Below are positions 56,001 through 64,000 of a stretch of DNA of 64,000 nt, in pieces. The stretch's first letter is position 1; every line of letters begins with the position of its first letter. The DNA is from the human T2T-CHM13v2.0 reference genome, Homo sapiens, in the NCBI RefSeq assembly GCF_009914755.1, contig NC_060933.1; one strand, written 5' to 3'. A model generated the notes under the pieces. It was given only the letters and a program-made list of their open reading frames with translations, did not search any database and was not told the DNA's origin. Both the position numbers and the translations under genes were made by a program.

Positions 56001-59000
56001 AATAATTCAAAATAAGTGAAAAACTTAGATTCTTGAGCCACACTCCCCTATATGCTACCTACCCTGGCGGACTTACAATCAAATCATACTTTATTTCTTT
56101 CTAATTAGGTTGAAAGTAGTATGAACAAGGCTACTGCCTATACACAAATGGCACTAATTTTCCCATTTGGGTCTAAGTCTTTTAACTTCAACTGTTATGC
56201 CCCTGGCAAGGAAGTAAAGCTGAATTGGACAAGACCAAAACATTTCGTGGGTTTGATTTGCTGCGGATCATGAAGTTGGCTTTGCAAATGGCAGAGAAGG
56301 GGACTCCTTCACTACTGCTAACTCACAGGAATCAATGTGAAAGAGCTGTGGGGAATTAAGACTCAGAACTTCTTAACTGGCTCAGATTCATATGGACTCA
56401 GGCTTATCAGGCAGAACTATGATCAACCCACGTAGCAGGTTTTATTAATTTTCCCTATACAATCTTTCACCGCTCAGTAGTCGATCCTTTGTCAGAGGCA
56501 GCACAATCACAGAAATGGAAACTGGGCCACAAACTGCTTAGCATAAATGTTTCCAAGGCCAATAAAAATGGCATTTTTCCCCTGCCATTTGCCCAAAAGT
56601 ATAATTTTTATTAATATAATTATTATTTTACTTAAAGAATCAGTGCTATTTGGACATTGCTCTTAAATGGAAATTACTTAATAACACATTTAATTTAGAA
56701 ATTGGCTTCTAAATTAATGCTGACAGCTTGGAAGCTGGTATTTAGACAAAATAGAGTAAGCTGTGTATTCGATAAAGCCATGATTAAGGATTTTCAAATG
56801 AGATTTATTTTTTCTGTTGTCTGCTGTATTTTAGTACAACCAATAACTACATCCTGACAAAAAATTCAATTACATAATAAAGCAGAAACTTCTAGGAAGT
56901 CCGAAAGTAAGTTTTGTTCTCAGACTCTTTTTACTCCCCTCCATACTGCAAACCAGCACACATATATACAATCGATTTTTCCCCTTCATCTAGACTCTTA
57001 CCAAAATTATTTTAATAATTTCCTGGACTGCCTTCTCACATAAGATGTGGATAAAAAAGCCTCAATATCCACAAATACAGCAAGCACTTATATTGTACAA
57101 ATAAAATAACTGACTTACTTTCTAAACACTTAATTGTATTTAAAAAGATGACATAGTTAAGAAGTCCTCAGTGAAACTACAGTTTATAACACAAAGATCA
57201 AATTTCGCTGTTTCTTAGTTAAGATTGACCTACCCTAGATCCAACAAAAGTTGCTGTTTTTTTTCCTCACTTCCATAAAAATTTCTGAATCACTTGGGAG
57301 ATTATTTCTAAGGAAATAGTTGTGAAACCAAGAAGCTGTTCAAACTTAAGCATCAATTCTTTTGTTAATTCATTTTATGATTAAAAGAACTACCAAAAAC
57401 ATTACTCTCTAAGAATCCTATCATTATATGTATTTTAAAGTGTCTTCAAAAAGCCATTTTATCTTAAAGCTGGATTTCATTCCTCAAATGTTAATAATCT
57501 GGGATTGCATCTCTTGCTTTTTTACAGTTAAAATTTGTTTAGAGCCCCCCCGATGTTTATATGCCAAAGCTACCTAGATACACACAATGAAGAAAACCTG
57601 TGGCAATTATATGAAAAATATAATGACATCTGTCATTAAATGTCAATGTTTCAAGTAAAACATTTCTTATAAAAACCTGTTACTGAAGAAAAGAACTGTT
57701 AAAGTACATGAATTAAAGTATTTTTAATTATCCCAAATACGTACCAACCAAATTTAACTACAGCTTAGTTTTTTAGGCAAACCAAGATGACTATTTTTTT
57801 TAATCTGAGAAAAACATGGTATGTAGAAAAATTCTATTTTATTCAGTTCAACACTCTTCACTTGAGGATATGAAATTTATAAGTATGCAATCTCCTTGAA
57901 ATTGTAAAAATATAATACACAATTTTATACTACCTTCTAATTTTACTTCCTCAAGCATTTGTTGTAGTTTCTAGAATAGCTATCTAGCCATTACACTGTA
58001 CATAAAAGTGATCCTCCAATTTATTTCCACTTCTAAAAAGATGCTTAAATATAGAATAAAGCATTTCATACCTCCCTTCTCGTTTAAAATTCCAAAAAGG
58101 GCCAACAATCCACATTATAGGTTAAACACTTTGTCTCTGTTATACACTTTTCAGAATTTATAAGACTGAAAAATTATAAAATTTCATCCAATGAATAATT
58201 CTGTACTTTATTAAAGTCTGATTTCTCTAAACATTTACCTATCATCTAAGCAATATTAACATGTACAACAAAGTAGTAATATGGTATAAATAGAAAATAA
58301 ACACTCCAAGCTGATAATTCCATAAGGTCTAATGATTCTATTAAAACAAACACAAATCAAAATTTTCCATTTTAGGGCCCCAAATTCAACTTGAAACATT
58401 TTTTATATGATAAGATTAAAGCAGCTGCCCAATTTTCAGGAAGCTCTGTCTCAAGTTAAGGAAAAAAAGAGAAAGGAGGAACTATAGTTCTTTGGGTGAC
58501 TTAAATCACTGCCTTTTTTACTTTTTTTGCCTTAAAATCAAGATAAAGTTCTCACCTAAAGATTAACCTCTGAAGACAATGAAAAATAACCAGGATTGGA
58601 CTTTAAAAAACAACTTAAAAGTCAGCCCCCTCATACAAAACTCGACAACAAATAAACCTAGACTTAACTGTCATTTTCAAATCCAATTTTTACCTGAATT
58701 GGTAAAAATTTATTTAAAACAAAATGCAAAATACAATATTGTTTCAATTTTGGCCCAGGAGATAAACACTTTAATGCAGAGTTAATAAACTCCAGCGAAT
58801 AAATAGGATCATTTTCCTAATTTCACTTCAAAGCTGCCAGGATTTCAATAAGGAAGTTCAAAGGCCCGATTCCAGAAACTAGAGGTCCCCGGAAAGTGAG
58901 GGGCGTCTGGCCACAGCCTCAGTTCCAAACCAGGTATAGTTCTTGAGCTGTCATTCTTAGTCCTATTACCACTAATACAAGGTCAAAAAAACGGTCCTGT

Positions 59001-59299
59001 AAGGTGTCAATTAAGGGGTCACTTTTGCCTAAGGTTTCCTTAACTTCTCTCCTAGTGAAGCCGCTCTAAGTGAACATTTCCGCTGTGTTTTTTTTAATGA
59101 CTGCCATTGTCTCGCTGGAGAATCGGAGGCTCTTTTAGAAGTACTGTTGGAAAATTCAGGATTTTACAAAACATTTTCTCAGCTGTACAGGGCAAAAACA
59201 AACTTTAATCCTACTAGCCATGGGTGTAAACCACAAGCCTAATTTCTCTTCTAAGAAGGGAAAGCTTAGTTAAGTTTTAAAGTGACAGTAATTTTAGGT

Positions 59300-60460
59300 G
59301 GTAAAATGAGCTCAACTCAAACATCGCTGTATGAAAGCGCTCTCCGCCAACACGCTCATGGACACACACAACTCCTTCCTCGAGGTTTAGGGACAGAGAG
59401 CGAACCTGTGACTTCGGGCCAGGATGACGACCTGAGATTTGGACAAGAGGAGGCGGCGGTTCCGCGAAGAGCCAAGGGCGGCCGGCGCTCCGGGATGCGC
59501 CGGACCCCGCGGCGCATCCTCGTTTGGGCGCCAACGGGCGCCGGCGGTCCTCGGACCCGGGTGTCGACTGCCGTGTGCCCACTGCCGTGTGCCCAGGCCC
59601 CGAAGCCTCCTCAACTCCTTGAGGGGCGCCTCCCTAGCCAGCTCAGCGCGCAGCGGGACCAAGGCTCTCCCAGCTTACCTGCGGGTCCGAGTAGGAGGAC
59701 AGAAGCGCCGCCCGGCCTCGCCCAAGCGCACACGAAGGGGCCGCTTCCCGCCCCCCGCACCCCAGACCAGGCGGCTCACGGAACACCGCCTCCCAGCTCT
59801 GGCCCGGGACCAGGCGGTCCCCCAGCCGGCTTCGGCGCCGCGGCCGGGGACGCGCGTCTTCCTTCTCCAGGCGCCGGACGTGGAACCTGCGAGCCCCTGG
59901 CGGCGCCCCAAGTTATGCACAGGTCGCAGCTGCTCACCAAGCTCCTCCTGGGAGGCCGCCCTGGTCCCCGAGAGGGGCGCGCGGGAGTGGACGTTCCCGC
60001 ACCTTCGCCCCATCCACACCTGCCGCCGCCGCCGGGGCCGCCAGCGCCGTGGCTCCGCCCCGGCTCCGCCCCTCGCCGCCCCCGGCTCCCGCTCCAGCCG
60101 CCGCCGCGACCGCCGCGGAAAGGAGGGGGAGGGAAGAGGCGCCTGGACGGGACTGCGGGAGCGGCCGTGCTGAGCCTCCTCCCTTGGGCCCGGACGGGAC
60201 CCAGGTTTCTCCACTGCAACGCAGCTCCCGAGTGACGGAATTTTGTGGGGGAAGCGGCGGCCACTACGCTCGCTTTTGGCACAGTAGCCCTTTGCGGGTG
60301 GGAGCTTCTCGCAGTCAGAGCTAAGGGAGAGGGAGTCCACCTGCAAGAGCCAGAGCTCGCCCTTGTACTCTCCGAATGCAAACTTAGCAAATTGAACAGC
60401 GGAAGTACTTCCTTGGTCGGACCCCTGCTCTTCTAGGGGTCTTCTAGAAACGTGGCGGCT
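59300..60460. promoter_or_regulatory. CpG island / MIR31HG promoter with GC boxes
   Basis: Abrupt GC- and CpG-rich ~1.1 kb segment in an AT-rich background. Several CCGCCC (Sp/KLF) boxes at ~60055-60085, and ACGTG cores at 59878-59882 and ~60450. Confidence 0.93.
59679..59890 (-). ncRNA. MIR31HG: MIR31HG exon 1 (TSS approximate)
   Basis: Plus-strand gcttacctgcgg equals minus CCGCAG|GTAAGC, a strong 5' splice site with last exonic base 59679. The exon is GC-rich. The 5' end is estimated from a TATA-like CATAA at 59913-59917 and recollection of the transcript start. Confidence 0.8.
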
Positions 60461-62624
60461 ATCACAGGCCCCGTGGTATAACTGGCATTTGGAAAACGAG
60501 GGTGTTTTTCCATCTGGAGTGGCCTCTCTCCTATCCTCAACCCTCCGTGTCCTTCGACGCCTCTCTCAGATGCCATCTCCACCAAGAATTTTTTCCGGGT
60601 ACCCACCTGCGCCCAGATTTGATTCCGCCCTCTTTGGGACAGCCTGGGTGCTCTGAACCTTTCCACTGCCCCTTCAGGTGTATGAGAGCGCCTTGTGAAA
60701 TGCATGGGCCATCGTTAGTTATTTTTATTGCAATATGTGGTTTCATATTCAGTACTGTAGTATACAAGCAGAGATATTTATGCTTTCACAACACTTTTCA
60801 TTTGGGTTTGAATTCCTTAAACATGAAGACTATAGTAAGTTGCCCATCTCTGGAAGTAAATACTGAGGGGTACATGGCAGGGTAATCCGACCCGATGACC
60901 TAGCCAGAAGTTCTGGCTGTCCTACTCAACTATGCCCTCCGCAAGCCCAGCATGGTAGCCTTTCACCTGGATTTGAAGGGGAAAATTGTATTTCTCTCTG
61001 AATGTAATTACATTTTGGCAAAGGTCAGTCTAGTTACCACCAAAAAATATTCTACGAGTTGAAGGGTGGGGGTGGGAGCGTCAGAGCAAGGTTAATAGTG
61101 GTATTTTATTGATTTTGAAGTAAATATAACTCTACGTAGTCATTTGTTCAACCAAAACGAAAAATATTCATCAAATATTCCCTAATAAGTTGGTACTCAT
61201 TTCCTTAGCCACTTTAAAAAACACAAGTCAAATATAATTGATTATATAAATTGTATTTGCATGAAGATTTGAGTCCAAGGACTATAAGAAAGATTCAAAT
61301 TTTAAATTTTCTGCATACGATATGGTTAAATAAAATGTTTGTATACTATTTCCTATACCTAAGTGTATGTTTTGAGTTGAGATGTCAGTAGTGTTTAATG
61401 GTTAATAGTGTTAAGTAAACGACAGCTAGGAATCACTACAGTTAGCTTAGAACAGGTTGAATTTATGAACTCCCATTTTAAAGAACTGAGAAATCTCAAA
61501 CCATATGACTGCCTTGACCAAGAAATAAAAAAAATTAAACAGATTCTTAATATTAAAATTTCTGAAAATTTTGAAAAATGAATTTTTAAAATTAACAGTC
61601 CTAGTATTTTTAAAAAGCAAATATTTTAGAAATCATGAAAAATGTACCTTAAGATGTAAAAGAGGATAAACCTCAGAGCTAAGGTCTTTTTAAAAATGTA
61701 GTTAGTGAAACCTATTCATAGAAAACTCAAAAGCATTCTTTGAAGTGAAAAAAGTACTCTAAATTTATTATGGAAAGTATAGTATCATTGAACTCAAATA
61801 GCTATTTTAAACATCGTAATTCTGTGAGTAACAAGAAAAAAAAGCTTTCCTTATATGTGAATCCCACTAGGCAAGACTTTGTCCAAAGTCCAACAGAAAA
61901 AAATATTGAATAAACAAGCATAAGCATCTCATTCGTGGAACATATTTTTAAGCTTTTATACAGAAGCCCAAAATAATATTATAGAAAAGATTACACAATT
62001 GCATAGCCAAAATTATATATCATAATATTATGAATAGCAAAGAAGCAAAGAAGGAATAATTCACCTCAAATAGCAAATAAACAAAAAGTGTCTTAAGCCC
62101 ATAGTATCTTTTAGACTTCAACTGAGGCAAGCAAGCTGTTTGGCCCAAGACAAATATACATAATATCACAGTAAACCCAGAGCTAATAGAATACAGCCAT
62201 AAGAGGCCCACATTGCAAACACACAGGCATCTGTAGCTAAAACTATCAAAGGGGCTTGCCCAGGGTACTTCACATACAACTTTTTGTTCCATCTTACTTC
62301 ATTATAATGACAGCATCATCTTGAATGTGAGAATTTCCTCCTCAACCTTTACCTGCAAGTAAAAGATGAACCACTACTCATTTTCTAGTTGTACCCTAAA
62401 ATGAATAAATAAGTCAAAGTTTCTACTGGCATTTAAATTATTTCTAAATATATTACTTACAAAGCTTAATGTATTATTTTAGTGATTAATAATTTCTGTA
62501 CCATAAAACTTGTTCTGTATTAGTTATCACGTCTTTATACATCCACTGGTAATCAAGGACTTTCAGAAGAGAGTAGAATACAATCTTTATTTTATTTAAA
62601 GTTTAAATATATGTATTTAAGATA

Positions 62625-62698
62625 CATATGTGTATGTGTGTGTATACATATATATGTGTGTGTGTGTATATATATATATATATAAATATAAATATAAA
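62625..62698. repeat. Compound (TG)n/(TA)n microsatellite
   Basis: Direct reading. Confidence 0.9.
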
Positions 62699-64000
62699 AT
62701 GCACCCACACACATGAAGTACAGGACAAATGGGAACAGAAATGCCAAAACAATCTTTTTCCAAAATAAATATTTATAATAATTATAAAATAAATTATTAA
62801 CAGAAAGTATACAAAGTGTGCTTTCCATTTCATTTTTAGTTTACTTATTTAGAAATGTTTTTGCATGTAAGCAAACCCAAATTCTGGTGATTATTATTAG
62901 TATTGTTTTTGAACAATGAGGTGGTGCAAGAAGCATTGGAAAGAATTTCTTAGCGGTCTCTCTGGCATTTTTTGAAGTTCTAATAAGCTTTTATGTGGAA
63001 GTTAGCAGATAATTTCAGTTTAAGTGATTTGACTGATGACATCGACAAATATTTTAATGTCTTCTTTATAGTAGACATGTTATAGAAAAACTTTATATAT
63101 AAAAAGTTTATATACAGAAAACTTGCTAAAAAGTATTTTATAGTTCTTTACGTAGAAAAACTTGCTAAAAAGACAACACTATAAATATCTATGCAAATGT
63201 TATTATCTGTTCAAACTAGATGGTGGGTGTATGAATATCTGGCATCATTTTGAAATGTTTCATAATTAAGAATAAAAGTTGAAATAAGAATATATAACAA
63301 CGGTAAATGAAATATTGAAATTATTTTAAAAATATTTGTGATTCCCCATTTATCCTTATATAACCTTTAGCACGTTAAAGCATTTAAATGGATTATCTTC
63401 CATTTGTAGCCTTTTTTTTTTTTGTAGCTACAATCTCATGCCTGCTACTTTTGAATAATACAGTTCTCACTGTGAAGAGCGAGGTGAGAAGGAAGCATTT
63501 TTGGTACATGTAGAAAGGTGAAAATTAATTTTTCTAAAAGAGACAGTGTCATGCTTTTCAAAATAAATATTGTAGGTAAAACAGGAACAAGCTGAAAATA
63601 TTACGTCATTGTATCTTTATTCCATGCTAAGTTTAGAATGTTATTTTGCCTGGTAGTATTATTTTCTTTAAACGTTTAGTCAAACACACATTTTATTTCA
63701 CCTAACTTCTGTAAAGTAGAAGTAGGAAAAGAAATATTTAAATTATTGAAAAAACTGAATATGAAAATATGAGCCATATTCTGTTTTATTCCTGGTATGA
63801 TTTTTTATAAGAACATTTAGAGAAAGCCATAGTTTTCCCTTAAAAATGAAATGACATAGTATTGGATTGTACAGTTGTCTTTAGGTATGCATAAATTTAT
63901 TGAATGCTAAATCGGTTTCCAGAATTTTTCAACCTTGCCCATTCAGCCCTCATTTTAGGAACCGTCATGAAGCTTGTCTTAATTGAAAATACAGGCAACA

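Noticed and set aside
59277-60436. Overlapping 200-317 aa ORFs on both strands
   Set aside because: Pro/Arg/Gly/Ala-rich open frames are expected in a stop-poor CpG island. They have no recognisable domain and run through the exon 1 donor.
63085-63175. Repeated AGAAAAACTTGCTAAAAAG and a nearby AT hairpin
   Set aside because: Short local duplication in very AT-rich, probably ancient L1-derived sequence; no evidence of function.
60460-64000. Divergent plus-strand gene or upstream exon (GTAAGT at ~60835; CAG|GTAAAG on minus at ~62350)
   Set aside because: Isolated splice-like motifs without supporting exon structure or ORF.

Overview
Human-like (primate), AT-rich genomic DNA containing no intact cellular protein-coding exon that I can support. 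The anchor is the exact pre-miR-31 hairpin on the minus strand (12301-12371). A CpG island about 47.5 kb upstream (~59300-60460) holds a minus-strand first exon ending in a consensus donor (CAG|GTAAGC at 59679/59678). Together these identify the 5' part of the lncRNA host gene MIR31HG (9p21.3, from recall), and most of the window is its long first intron. The intron is rich in transposons. The main observations are: (1) a young L1PA2/3 whose 5'UTR is precisely spliced, joining L1 nt 97 to nt 790 (a SpIRE), and which keeps a 1177-aa RT-intact ORF2 remnant; (2) a nested stack in which a near-full-length Tigger1 contains a full-length old L1, which itself contains two truncated L1s and a 5'-truncated SNORD55/U55 snoRNA retrocopy with a perfect 17-bp TSD; (3) an unidentified ~50-nt polyadenylated retro-insert with a 16-bp TSD inside the same Tigger1; (4) a strong candidate 3' splice site just upstream of miR-31, followed by a poly(A)-signal cluster, suggesting an isoform in which miR-31 is exonic. 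I do not see a convincing wholly new biological system. Repeat subfamily calls come from recalled consensus sequences and need RepeatMasker/Dfam confirmation.
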